From assembly GCA_002189035.1 (NCBI GenBank), contig CM007992.1, forward strand, positions 3,286,001 through 3,350,000: a DNA stretch of 64,000 bases, read 5' to 3'. The notes beneath the pieces were generated by a model that had not been told where the DNA came from, searched no databases, and saw only the letters and a program-made list of their open reading frames with translations. The translations under genes were made by a program, and so were the position numbers. Position 1 is the first letter of the stretch. Every line of letters begins with the position of its first letter. Source of the DNA: Utricularia gibba (taxonomy: Eukaryota; Plantae; Magnoliophyta). Shown here piece after piece: positions 12,962-25,170 of the stretch.

Positions 12962-14197
12962 TTCGATCTCCGATCCTGGAGCTGATCCCAATGCCTAAAC
13001 TGCAGCAACTCCGGCGATCGATCACACACGAATCTGTACCTGATCTGGGATATGATGAATGCAACTCAGCAACTCTTTGTAGATATATAGTGTGTTGCTT
13101 CCACGTGCAAACTGGGGAATTCAACGCTTTAAGAAAAGACAACGCAAACTTGCCGATGTGCATTCCCATTTCTAGCACCTACGTCCCCTTGCTTCTCCCT
13201 TCAGAATATTGCAAGTCATGTATGATTCCAACTTCCCACATTGCCCCTTCCAACTTCTATACCATTCCAAAGTCAACTGTGGATAGTGCGAGGATAAGAC
13301 GGTAATTGTCCACTAAAAATAATATTCCCCATTTTCTATTTTTTTAAATAAAAGTCAGCTGTCCTTTAATTAATTAAATACGATGCAATTTAATGTCGGT
13401 ATAATCATGGAGTAATCAAAATTAGTCTACTGGATAATAAAACCTATTAAATAATAATATTTTTGTTATTAAATTAAGATTTGTTGATTAATACGTATTT
13501 GTTAAATAAGGTCTGACCAAACAAAGAGTCATCCCCAAAACACACCAATAGAAATGATATGTAACATCAAATATTAATAATCAATATTCAGGAATGAAAT
13601 TCGTATTTATATTGATAAATTATTTACATTTAATTATAAATTCTATGAAATTTCAATATATAACATACACTGTATTTATTAATTTATCATCTACAAATCT
13701 CACTAACAAATTTCAACTCTTAAAATAATTTTTTTTTTGAAAAAAGTTTAAACTAAATATAAATAAAATGTACTACAAATAAAATGTAACCATCCATCAT
13801 ATATTTACATGATATTGTTTATTTTGAATACATAAGTATTTTGATTTTATATTATTCATTTAAAAAAATCTCATGCAAGATTAAAAAAATTATTCTATAT
13901 AAATTGTCCATCTTTACTATCCGTAACCAATGTAGAATTTATCTAAAGTTATTCTATACTCCCTTTAACCGAGCTCTTCATATTTTTAAGAAAAATATAA
14001 AATATTAATTTTTATTTTAAAATTTTTCAAAAAAAAAAACTATCAAATAGACTTATCTTCAACTCTATTTTGAATATAGTGAACATAAGAAAATATGATT
14101 TTTTACTGCAAACTATTCAAAAAAAAATAATGCAAACGTTTTGTTATTATTACAGGAATTAAAAATTGGTTATATAATGAAACATAGCTTTCTTCTT

Positions 14198-14788
14198 TCA
14201 GGCTGAAGGTGAACCGGATTTGGAGTGGCCGGTGGAAGAGGGAAAGCCGATCCCATGGCGCCGGTTCGGGAACAAAACGAATACAGTGCTGGCGGCGGCC
14301 CCGATCACCGGCGGCAACACAACGATCAACGTCTTCTGAGTGGAGGCGAAAGAAGGGTAGAAGCACTTCACCGAGTTGTTGTCCAGAAGCGCCAGAACAG
14401 CAAAAACGGTAACACAGAGAAACGCATGCACGAAGTCCGCGGCTCTCAGTCTGTACGCCGACAGATCTTCGCCGTGCGCTCCTGGCCATATGCCCTTCCT
14501 CGTCGCGATCCCATATATCTTGAATCCTAGGCGATCCTTGTAGCTATCGGTGAAGGATGAAAGGAAGGAAGAGACGCCGGAGATTGCGATCAGGGCGGCG
14601 GTTAGGATCCTGTTCACCGGGCCGCAGTCGCCGTTGTTGGATAAAACAGGGCTTAGGATCTGGAACAGGATGACGGTTCCGGCAGGGAGGAGATGGACCA
14701 GGTTTCCGAGGCCCTCGAATGCCGACGTGGCGGTCGACTTCGATTGCGGCGGTGTGATAAGATTCTCGGAGTTCGCTGATGTCGGCAT
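14198..14788 (-). CDS. DMP (DUF679) membrane protein, copy 2 (DMP2-like), intact
   Basis: [23 protein letters not shown]...FLSSFTDSY...DFVHAF...[11 protein letters not shown]. The upstream ATG at 14953 would read through a TATA-like TATTTATAAA, so 14788 is the likelier start. Confidence 0.9.
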   Translation of the reverse strand: MPTSANSENLITPPQSKSTATSAFEGLGNLVHLLPAGTVILFQILSPVLSNNGDCGPVNRILTAALIAISGVSSFLSSFTDSYKDRLGFKIYGIATRKGIWPGAHGEDLSAYRLRAADFVHAFLCVTVFAVLALLDNNSVKCFYPSFASTQKTLIVVLPPVIGAAASTVFVLFPNRRHGIGFPSSTGHSKSGSPSA

Positions 14789-16333
14789 TCCGATCTTGAT
14801 ACCAGTCTCTGGTCGTTCCGCAATTTTCAAGATATATTTATAAATACAAATTCCACGTGGGACAATTTGGAGTTTTCCTTTTTTTAATTGGTTGCTTCTA
14901 CTTTTAGAATTCTCTAGCACTATCCTAGTCTTTCTATCCGCATCATGTGACAAAACCTTCCGAAAATGCCCTTCCCACTCAACTGATATCCTTAATTACA
15001 AACATGGGGTCATGTGGGTAGCATGGTAATTTATCTGGTAATCATAGCAGAGTCAAACCCGTCAAATAAAGTACGCAATGATGAAATATAATATAATGTT
15101 GGAAACCTTCTTTGTCTTGGTGACGACTTTGCCACGTGCCGCTTTATCTATAGGTTGGTTTTTTTTTAATAATATAGTAATCATGATTTATTTATTTATT
15201 TATTTTAAAAATATTATATCCCAACTTAAAACCGCGACTGACATGCACTTGAATAGTATATACCCATTTTCTTATTTTATACAAATTCATGTACACGTAT
15301 TTAATAATCTGATTCCATTCTATAGTTATAATTTTGTTTTATTTATTAGTAGTTGTGTGAATGAACTTTTTTTGTTGATTAAAATTATGTTATTCGTGTA
15401 CGTTAATTTTGATATTTCCGATATTAGATCTCTTTTAAATACTGATTAATATGATATTTAAATATTTAAACATTGACTTATTACGTTATTATTAATAGTT
15501 AAATCTAAAAGTTTATATATCAAATTAATTATTTGCTATTATATAATTTTTTTAAATTAATGTATTTTTAATAAATAATTTTATTTTAGATATAGATAAA
15601 TCTAACTTTCACAAATACTCGTAGTGGTATCCGTGTATCTCTCAAAACCGTGAACCCACACTTAGTCCATCATATCTTCTAAGTTAATACTGGGAGTGAT
15701 TGTTTTTATCACACATGCAATAATGCAATACGGCACGTGGGCTCCCCACGAGCATGTCATGTCTCCACCATTCAACCTTTAGAATTTAAAGCATTTTTAC
15801 TCATTTTCGGAAATGACACTTATTTTTAAAAAATGTTAATGTAGCATTTTTAAAAATGAGATAAATGTTTCGAAAACAATTAAACATGTTTTTCATTTTT
15901 TCCGGAAACGAAAATAAGAAAACCTTGTTTTCTTCCGAAAATGTTTTAAAATATTATTATTAATATTATGATTTCTCAAAATGAATACAAACATAATGAA
16001 AATTTAATAATTCAATTTTCAAAAATGCTATTTAATCATTTCCAGAAACAAATAAAGATGCTATTATTAATTGACAAAAAATATTATATTGTAGGTTAAT
16101 ATTGGGAGTTATGAATTCGGATGAGCATTTTTGTTAGAACATTGACAAAAATATTTTTTTAAAAAAAATTCTGAATGTCATTTTACGACGGTACCCCTCA
16201 CATGGCTTGTCTTCTTTATACCCATCTTTTATTACACGCTTGCGAAATAGATATCTATCTCCCCATCACACAGCACATAAAAGCACGTGATGGAAAACAA
16301 ACATGGGAGAGGAGAAGGAGCGTCGTGGCAGCA

Positions 16334-17400
16334 CTAACGTGTTCCAAGTGTCATGCGTCTCCCTTTCATCAACTTGCTTCTGAAACTCAACTGAAGCACC
16401 TCGCCAAGCGTTAGCAGGAAGCACCACAGAACAGTTAGCAGAACTGCAAATGGCCGGTTTGCTGCTACTAGCCCCACAACGATAATGAAACCAACAAGAA
16501 GTAAACTTGCATCCTCTCTTGCTCCTTTAACTTGAACAGATTCAGAGAAATTAGTATGAACCGCATCTTCATGTTTACCTGAAACAGGAGACTCACATTC
16601 TGGTTCCCTGTTGTTCTGGGATTGATTTGCTTCTTCGATCTTTTGAGGGTTGCTCCCTTTTGGAAGTCTTTTGCTGAAAAGCTTTATCAGCTTTGATTTC
16701 ATGTTACCTCTCTTTGACATTTTCTTGGGTTCCTGTTTCATCTCCAACATTTTCTGATGAATTACTGGAGAGGCTTGAATTTCCTTTACCGGGGTTGCAG
16801 GAGAATCAATGCACTCAACAACTGGCATGGCATCTTCTGAGGACTGGATCAGAATATGACGCCTTACTCTGGCTAGCACAAAGGGGTTCCTCCAAAATAA
16901 CCCTGTTTCCTCCAAGAAAAGAGTCAGCTTCGCCAGCACAGAGTTCAAGATATGATCCGGAAAAAATAGTAAGAACATGGAGATTGAGATTCCAATGCTT
17001 AATTTGTCTGTCCCAGCAACAAAAAGACAACCAAGAACATCTGGAAAGCAACCACGAAGATGCTATTTGAAGAAACGCCATCACTTTTTAGGAGAACACT
17101 TTTGGATTCTCCTTCCGAAGTGGGAAGCTCATCTGTGTCAGAATGAACTGAGGAAGGCGTTGGTGATGGAAGACAAGGCAGAGGATCCTCTGCATCAACA
17201 GAGCACTTGTCGAAACGCTTTTGCTTGGATGGTTTCTTCATTTTCTCCTGATTCTTCATGAACAGATCAACAAGTGAAGTTGAAAGCCCCATTTCCACAA
17301 CAAGAGGAGACCCATCTCGCCGTTTCCAAGAGTTGTGCAAATGATCACTCACAAGTTGAGAAATTCGCCCACCCTTCACCTTCCTCCACAGTAAAGGCAT
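16334..17400 (-). CDS. Ethylene-regulated nuclear protein (ERT2)-like plant protein, one apparent -1 frameshift
   Basis: N-terminus MPLLWRKVKGGRISQLVSDHL...GSPLVVEMGLSTSLVDLFMKNQEKMKK resembles the recalled family motif MPxPWKK...RIS...SLVVETGFPTSLxDLFVKN. One extra T at 17021-17025 fuses the 133-aa and 214-aa ORFs into about 355 aa with central and C-terminal hydrophobic segments. Confidence 0.7.
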
Positions 17401-18143
17401 GGCTCTATATTCAGAAAACCAAAGCCACTACGCCATATCCTCAGAGAATTTTTAGCTAAAAAAACCTCGAAGAAATACGATTACAAAGCATATTAGCTCA
17501 AAAAAGAGAATCCCCACTAACCCAAAGCGAAGATTCTCGGTGCTGTTGGCTAGGTGTAAAACTAATAGAAAAGAAAATGTAACAAGATGGTGGTGGATCC
17601 AATTTCTTCGTCTCTAATCCATCGACCCAAATAACCCATCCACTCCACCCTTCCCACGACTTACTTTTAAAGACAGGGCCGCAAGAGAACTTATTGAAAG
17701 CTGAAAAAGAGTCACCAAAAAAGCCGACTGCGATCATGGGGCAGCGGCTGGTGTGGCTGTCCCTTTCTTTAATCTCGCTCTCGTCTCAACCGCGAAGAAG
17801 TCTGAAACATCAAATGTGTTTCCATAAGTAGGCTGTCGGCAACACGTTCAGGCTACCGGTAGACGGCTCGATGCGACAGATCATCGTCCACTGGAAAATT
17901 AATGCCTTCCAATTTGAATCAATATCATCAAATTCTCTATCAAAAAGCACAGCTCCGGTCAAGAAATTCTCCGTTTCATCTCAAACGAGAAGAGATCCAT
18001 TTGTAAATTGCAAAGAAAACACAGGTGATGAAGACGATAAGCCGTTGCGTTTTTTAACAGCACAGTTTCAAGTGAAACAAAATGGGCCGGTCCAACAAAT
18101 ATACGTGGGCCTACAGAAGAAAAGGCCTAATTATATTTAATAA

Positions 18144-19824
18144 TTATTCACGAGCAGGCTCATCCTTGCCGCAGAAGTAATGTCGAAAAACGCCGGAGAA
18201 GTCTTTGGCGCCATGCCCTTCTTCGCAAAGCTCAGTGAATCTGCATGGAATGCCAAAAAAGAGAGATAGGGAGAAGGAGAGCGCCGATATGAAGCATGTG
18301 AATGCAGTTGAAACACTCTGCAGCTTACATTTCGTTCGCCAGAGCTGCCATCGGAATTCTGGTTGCAGCACCGACGTCTGCGGCGGAGGAGGCCGCCAGT
18401 GTCAGATCTTTCACCTATCATTGCGGGAATCGTGAGATCTGTGGAGCGTAACCGCTTGAATTTTGAATTTCTGGTTTAGAATCGACTGATCATACCATGA
18501 GTTTGGTGGCGAAACCTCCGTCGTAGTTTCTGGAGGCCGGCACACCTTGCATAACACCAGGTACTGGATTATACGAATCGCTGTGAAATATGACGATGAA
18601 AGCATGGAGATCAGGAATATTTCATTGGCGCGATCCAATCTAAGATAGGGATTGGTGATTTAATTACCTACTCCAACATCTTGCACTTGAGGAATTGAAT
18701 ATTTTGGTCAATGTGGCGGCTGGAACGCCCAAAGATTGTCCCAGGGCAATGGCTTCCGATACTCCGAGCATGCTCACCGCCATCGCCATGTTGTTGCAGA
18801 TTTTGGCAGCCTGAATTGGAAGCATTGAGAAGCTACTGTATTGGGGTTGTATTGTGTAAGCAAGTTTGAGTCTATTACCGAACCATTCCCAGGACCACCA
18901 CAGTATATCACATTTTTTCCCATTGCTAGAAACAGAGGCTTTGCTGATTCACAGGCCTTCTCAGAGCCACCAACCTTGTGAGAGAAGAGAATCTCAAATC
19001 CTGACTCGAGAACAAGAGTTGATCTTTGAGTATTGGGAGCACGACGTACCATGAAAGTGAGTGAACCAGCTTCAGCTGATAGAACACCACCAGAAACAGG
19101 AGCATCCAGCATTGCAGCTGTGCATCAGGAAAGACCAGTTTCTGTAATAAGTTTGTGCTGGCATAAGTAGATCAACAGTAACTTGCCTCCCTCTCCCATA
19201 GAACTCGAAGTTGCAGCGGAGATTTTCCGAGATGTTTGTGGATCGATGGTTGAGGAATCTATGAAGAGCCATGGCCTAAGTGAGCTGCCAGCAGTAAGCA
19301 AACCGTTTGCTCCCGTGTAAACTTCCAGCACCTGATTGGTGAAATGGCAGGATCACATTCACCCATCAAAGCACTTTAATCACTGTCCTTACATGGGACG
19401 GGGAAGGAAGCATTGTTATGACAACATTGCTTGCTTGAGCAATTTCTAAAGGTGAATGGCCTAAGAGAATTCCCTCCTTCTCTGAGAGCCTCTTCATGGT
19501 TTCCTTGTTCCTGTGTAACATGGTGGTATCAAGATAAAGAAGAGAAAAGAAGTTACGAATTCATACACCGAGAGGAAGAATTACGCATCATAGGCGATAA
19601 TATTGTATCCAGCCTTGATCAAATTATTTGCCATCCGGGATCCCATGCTTCCCAGTCCTATGAATCCAACCCTCTAACACAGTGTGGTAAAGCTATTGAT
19701 TAGGTTTCAGATACTCGTATGAATGAAGGAATTGAAGCAAACTTACTTCAAATTGAGACTGGAGAGACGAATACAAGCGAGACCATGAACACTGAGTTGT
19801 ACGGGAAGTGATTCGGGACAACAT
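18144..19824 (-). CDS. HIBADH: Mitochondrial 3-hydroxyisobutyrate dehydrogenase, 10 exons
   Basis: Exons 19824-19747, 19673-19585, 19510-19393, 19331-19187, 19117-19050, 18974-18879, 18810-18668, 18580-18496, 18414-18329 and 18240-18144 join in frame. Motifs [36 protein letters not shown] and YNPVPGV. Intron 4 has a GC donor. The start codon is less certain than the rest. Confidence 0.92.
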
Positions 19825-20163
19825 TGTTCTCTGTCTGCAGCCCCTCCTGGAATTCTCGCCCTTTCTTCGATAGTGAAGTGTGATTTTCTTGTGTTTTTTT
19901 TTCTTTTTCTTTTGGTAAGTTGTTGGTATATCCATCGTATAATTTTTATATTGCTTTTCTTTTCTGGGTTTTAGCTCATGCCACTTGCTCGTGATCTTAT
20001 CTTCAGGAGTTTCCAGCCCAAGTTTCTTATCGTAGGGTCATTTGAAGAATGAATAAAGGTGGTCACATCAAGCTTCATACCAATCTAGTGTACAACCACT
20101 GTCCTCGAAACGGAGACCAATGAGATATTTGATTACCGTTGTTCAAAACAAGGTGTCCCCTCA

Positions 20164-23100
20164 CTAAATGGAAGAAAGGTCCTCGTATATATTTTTGATA
20201 CCAGGCCTCTGAGAAAGAGGCCGGATGCATTTGAGAGCCACACCAAGAAACTCCTTCATCCCTTTTTCAGCAATGGGTGCATCCCTATCTGGCGCCAGTG
20301 CAGCATCCCGGCAATCTGATCCTTGGCCCTTGGCCACTCTCAAACGAACCCAGTCTGTCAATTCGATGCCCCCATCTGCTCCCGAGACAACCTCACCAGC
20401 ACATCTTCCTGTCAGGAGTTCTAGCAGGATAACCCCAAAAGCATAGACATCTGATTTGAAAGTGGGAAGTGGCTTTCTCGAAGCAGCTAGTTCAGGACCC
20501 CTGTATCCTAAGACACCAGCGTCAAGAATCTGTTCAGTTGTGCCTGATTGCGTCATCAGGCGGTGAAGGCAGTAGTCCGCGACTCTGGCGTTCAAGTCAG
20601 GCCCTTCCAGCAGTATATTGGTTGCTTTGAGGTTTCCATGAGGAATGGCTCGGTCGAGATGGAGATAGTTCAGGCCACGTGCAATATCAACTGCTATTTT
20701 CAGCCTCTGGGGCCAAGTCAAGGTTGGTCCTTTTCTTCCTGGTTTATCTGCAAAGGATACAAGTTCATGTTAGCAAGATGAGTTGACAGTGACGAGGTTG
20801 AGGGGGGTCGGGACTCTAACCAAAGAGGAAACTTGCAAGACTTCCTGGTGAAACGTAATCCGAGAGGATCAGCTTCTCATGCTGTGTTGGACCCCAGTAG
20901 TATCCTCTCAAACCAACCACATTGGGATGTCTGATATTCGCAAACTTCTTGGCTTCTTTTTCGAATTCCTTCTTTTGCTTAACAACCCCATCTCTCAACC
21001 ATTTCACAGTAAGAAACATTCCATTTTCCAATGTTGCTCTGTAGGATGTCCCGTGGGTGCTCCTTCCAAGAATTTCTGCTGGCGCCTTGGAGAGTTCTTC
21101 AGCTGTAAACGAGATTGTGTCATCGAGAAAATAGAGCTCACCAGCGAGCTGTTCTGGAGACCTGGAATCCAGTTTTGAAAAACCCTCCATGGCAAAAGAA
21201 TCACCAGACTCAGGTGACCAGGAGAGCTGACTGGCTTTTTGTGGGGAGGAATCAGTTGCTGCACTCATTTTCCCTTCACTGACTACAGTTGCCGCCCCTT
21301 TTCTAGAAGTCTCATGACCATGTGGCGCAACCATCATTCCACAAGAACTGTCTCGGCCTTCGAAGCTTGAAGGAATAGGTGAAGTCTGTTGGCTAACATC
21401 TTTGGTGCTTGCAAGCCGCCTGTTGCTCCTTGTGGTGCAGATACAGCGGATCAGAACCACCGCCAAAAGGATGGAAACGAGCAGCGCAGAAATACAAGCA
21501 ACAACTATCATGACTATGATGATGGTTCTCACATGATTTTCCGATGAACTGTGACCTGAGCCATGATCGGTGTTCGGAATTTCCAAGTCAGAGTTTCCAG
21601 GATAGAAAGAAGAGCGAGGAAACTCTCTCAAATTTTCAGGGACTAACCCCGAAAGGCTATTGTATGATACATTGAAGCTTTGGAGACTTCTGGACAAGTT
21701 CATAGGTAATGAGCCTGTCAAATAATTCCTTGACAAGTCCAACACCGTGAGTGTGGAGACATCACCTATTGATGTTGGGATTGAGCCAGAGAAATTGTTC
21801 CCTGCAATGTTGAAAAGCTGAAGTTGAGAAAATGCACCTATGTTATTAGGGATATCACCGGTGAACCGATTGTTGGAGAGATTGATGAGACGGAGAACTG
21901 AATGATTAGAGACAAGTGACAGATCGATCCCCTGGAAAAGCATATTGTTCTGCAGGTGGAGTTCATTTAAGCTTGATGAAGCTAAGAGCGAGGGTGAAAG
22001 AGGTCCCCCAACTGATTGAAACTCAGATCAAGGATTGTGAGTTTTCTATACTCAGTAAGTACTTTCGGAAGAGTGCCATTCAAAGAATTACCAGACAGAT
22101 TGAGGTAGTTCAACCGCAAGAATTGAGCAGTTTCCTCTGGAATTGGTCCAATCAATTTATTTTGGCTAAGATCAAGGATTTGTATGTCCCCCATTTGAGA
22201 ATCCTCATCAGACTTCCTTCAAACTGATTTCTTGAGAAATCAACCACAACACAGCTTCCGGTCAGCAGAGGAAGTTCACCAGATAACATGTTGGAGGACA
22301 GATTAAGGGTATGAAGTGTAGTTGAAGTGATCATACCAACAGAACCTGTGACATAATGGCACAAAGAAAAGCTATTAGCTATTGCAGATTTATGACGAAA
22401 AGCCTTGGCATTTAGTCTGCATACCTGAGAGGTTGTTTCTACTCAAGTCCAACTCTTTCAGCATCAACGAGTCACCTTTTAAAAGGTTAAAAGGAATGAA
22501 ACCAGAGAAGCTATTGCTTCCCAGTCTAAGGACTTGAATATCATAGGCAAAGTTGAAACCAGGTAACTCCCCTGAGAGCTGATTATGGCTGAAATCCAAA
22601 ACCTTCAAGCTTCCAAAAACCCGAGCTTCGTCTCCACCAACAAGTGATCCTTCTATCTGGTTATGGCTAAGATTGAGATGGCGAATCGAGGGAGATATAA
22701 AATTAAGGATCTTCTGATGCTCCTTGTTCATAGAGCACACCAAGGAATTCCCACTAAGATCAACATAGCTGGCATTCGCAAGGAGCAACAACTTCAGATC
22801 AAGTTCTCCGTCAAGCATGTTTCCATGTAAGTCAAGTACATCCAGTTGGTTCATCTGCTCTAACTCTGTGGGAATGCTCTTTGTGAAGGCATTCTGTGAC
22901 AGGTTAAGGTACACCAGCCCTTCCAACTTCGTCAATGACACAGGCAATGGACCTGACAGAGAATTGCGGCTCAAATCCAGGGAACGCAGTGATGCGAGCT
23001 CAGAAATCGAATCTGGGATTAGGCCGGAGAGTCTGTTTCCAGCCATAGACAGGCTCTGTAAACTAACTAGCTCCCCAAGCTCTGAAGGTAGTGATGAGGA

Positions 23101-23495
23101 AAACAGGTTATCAGAGATATCCAAATACTCCAAGCTCCTGAATCCAACAAGGTTCGTAGGTAACTTCCCTGAAATTGAGTTATTTGCAAGTGAAAGCTTC
23201 ACTAGCAGACTGAGATTTGACAGTGCACCCAAATCAATCTCAGCTACCAGCTGGAGGTTATCAAGAACCACTGCCGCAACATTGCCACCATTACACATGA
23301 TACCATTCCAAGAAGATGGGCAGCCATTGAAGTCTATGGCCTCATCATTCCAAGAATCAAGCACAAATCCAGTTGGGTCATGCTTTATTCCTTTCTTGAA
23401 TTCAAGCAAAGCTGAAATGTCTTGAGAAGGGAGTTGCCCCCAGCTGCTGGATGCACAACAAAGAACCACAACCAAGAGCCTCAACCCAGCCTCAT
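20164..23495 (-). CDS. GHR1: LRR receptor-like pseudokinase GHR1 (guard cell hydrogen peroxide-resistant 1) ortholog, 3 exons, three apparent -1 frameshifts
   Basis: GQLPSQDISALLEFKKGIKHDPTGFVLDSWNDEAIDFNGCPSSWNGIMCNGGNV N-terminus, LRRs, TM helix, and a kinase with HGNLKATN (no HRD Asp) and ADYCLHRL (no DFG). Exons 23495-22425, 22345-20821 and 20747-20164. Single-G additions at 23485-87, 22188-92 and 22005-09 give about 1060 aa. Confidence 0.9.
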
Positions 23496-24259
23496 TCTAG
23501 ACTATCAGCAGAGGAGAAACACAGTGACCTTGGCATCACGTTCTAGAAACAGTGTCCACAGCATTGCAGCAACAGAGAGGAAGAAGCAGTGAGGATTCCA
23601 GATCTGCACATTTTTCATAAAAACAGAGAGAATGCAGCAGAACAGGAGAAGAAGAGTTTGTTTCACAGATCCGAGCTTTTGAACTCAAAAGAAGCTGCCA
23701 TTTGAAGACACTGCGAGAGTCCTCTGGAAGCAGAAAGAAGAAGAAACAAAAACTGGAGCAAGGTGCAAAATGGAAAGGGAACAAGTGTTGATTATGCATT
23801 GAAAGCAGAACCCCATCCACTTCACGCCAAGGTTATAACTGTCAGTGGCCAACCCTTGGCATCTCCGAACAGCTCCTCGTTCTTCTCTGCATGCCTTCAG
23901 AACAGCAACTGTTGATCCACTCCAGCGTCAGCCCTAAATCTCCACCCACCCTTCTTCTCCACACACCGTACAGAAAAAGGTGGAGATCCAGGCATGAGTA
24001 AAAAAACATCCAAAAATTTAAAAAAAAAAGGGGGAAAGCAGAATCATTAATGTCTCTGTACGGTTATCTCTTAGGAAATGATGGTGATAGATGAAAGTGG
24101 GCTCCACCGAGACAGCGTTGTTACAGAGCGGGTCCCCCAGGTGGCCTTCCGCGAGACTCTTTTTATATATATAACTAATTAATATTCGGAGGAAAATAGG
24201 GACACAATTGGACCTGGGGTTGTGGGCCAAATGGGGCTCATCCCCATATAATAGATTAT

Positions 24260-24870
24260 TATTCGATTCGAAAACGAATCGAAAATGATTTTTTTAAACT
24301 ATCATTTCATAAATCTTAGTTTACTATTGATTTCAGTTTTTATTTTGAATTGAAGTTGAATTTTTAAATTTTGAATCAAATAAAAAACATTGAATCCAAC
24401 CGAAATTAAAAAAAATGATTTTTTAAAAAATTAATTTTGAGACATCCATATGAATTATTATACATATCAGTGAAATTTATTATTGTTTTAAAATTTTTTT
24501 TATCTTTCATAAAAATTATTAAAAATATATAAAAAGATGCTAAAAATAGAAAATGTTTTCCATATATTCATATGATTCATTAAGAATGTTTGAGAAATAC
24601 ATTATTTTTTTAAATAGTTTTTCAATCTTTTATAATGACTATTAAGGACACCTGATATCAATTAAAAATAAAACTAACGGTTCATCGATTTCCATTAATT
24701 CCACACGCACTCACAATTTTTCAATTCCAAATATCTCAAATCAACTCAAAACCGTATGATTCCGATTTCAGAACTAGAACCCGATCTCGTAACTAAAACC
24801 GTATAGATGCTCACATTCCCGAACTGAAATAGATCAGAACCGTTATTTTAGTTGCGGTTTGAACCGATTA
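24260..24870. mobile_element. Putative non-autonomous DNA-transposon remnant (hAT-like AACCG/CGGTT-rich subterminal motifs)
   Basis: AT-rich core with clustered AACCG/CGGTT/GAACC motifs at the ends. Shares the block CAT(A)ATGATTCATTA.G..TGTTT.GAAAT with 28260-28810. No clean TIR or TSD found. Confidence 0.4.
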
Positions 24871-25170
24871 CAACTCTGTAATAGACTAACTAGTTAGCAT
24901 GGTTTAAGGTATGTTTATCACACATAGGATTTAATCAAACTCAAACCAGATCAACAGGGACGATAATGCACAGCACAGCAACTTTTCTTTTCGGAATGCG
25001 CACAACAGATTAACAAACCAAGAAAGATGATGATGCACTACTGCACAGCACTGCAGTCCTCTTCTCTGGTTCTCTCCCAACACCAGGGGACAAGCAGACA
25101 GTTTGGAATAATGCGAAAAAGCAGCAGCCATGGACTTGCATAAACAGGGTGATGATGGAGGAATGAATGC

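Noticed and set aside
14789-14953. 55-aa N-terminal extension of DMP copy 2
   Set aside because: It reads through a TATA-like element, and copy 1 aligns to the downstream ATG at 14788.
19825-19935. MDIPTTYQKKKKKK... extension of HIBADH
   Set aside because: It derives from a poly(A)/pyrimidine-type upstream tract. The transit-peptide-like MLSRITSR start at 19824 is more plausible.
20164-20747. Missing HRD and DFG motifs in the receptor kinase as a sign of decay
   Set aside because: GHR1 orthologs are established pseudokinases, so HGN/DYC is the expected state.
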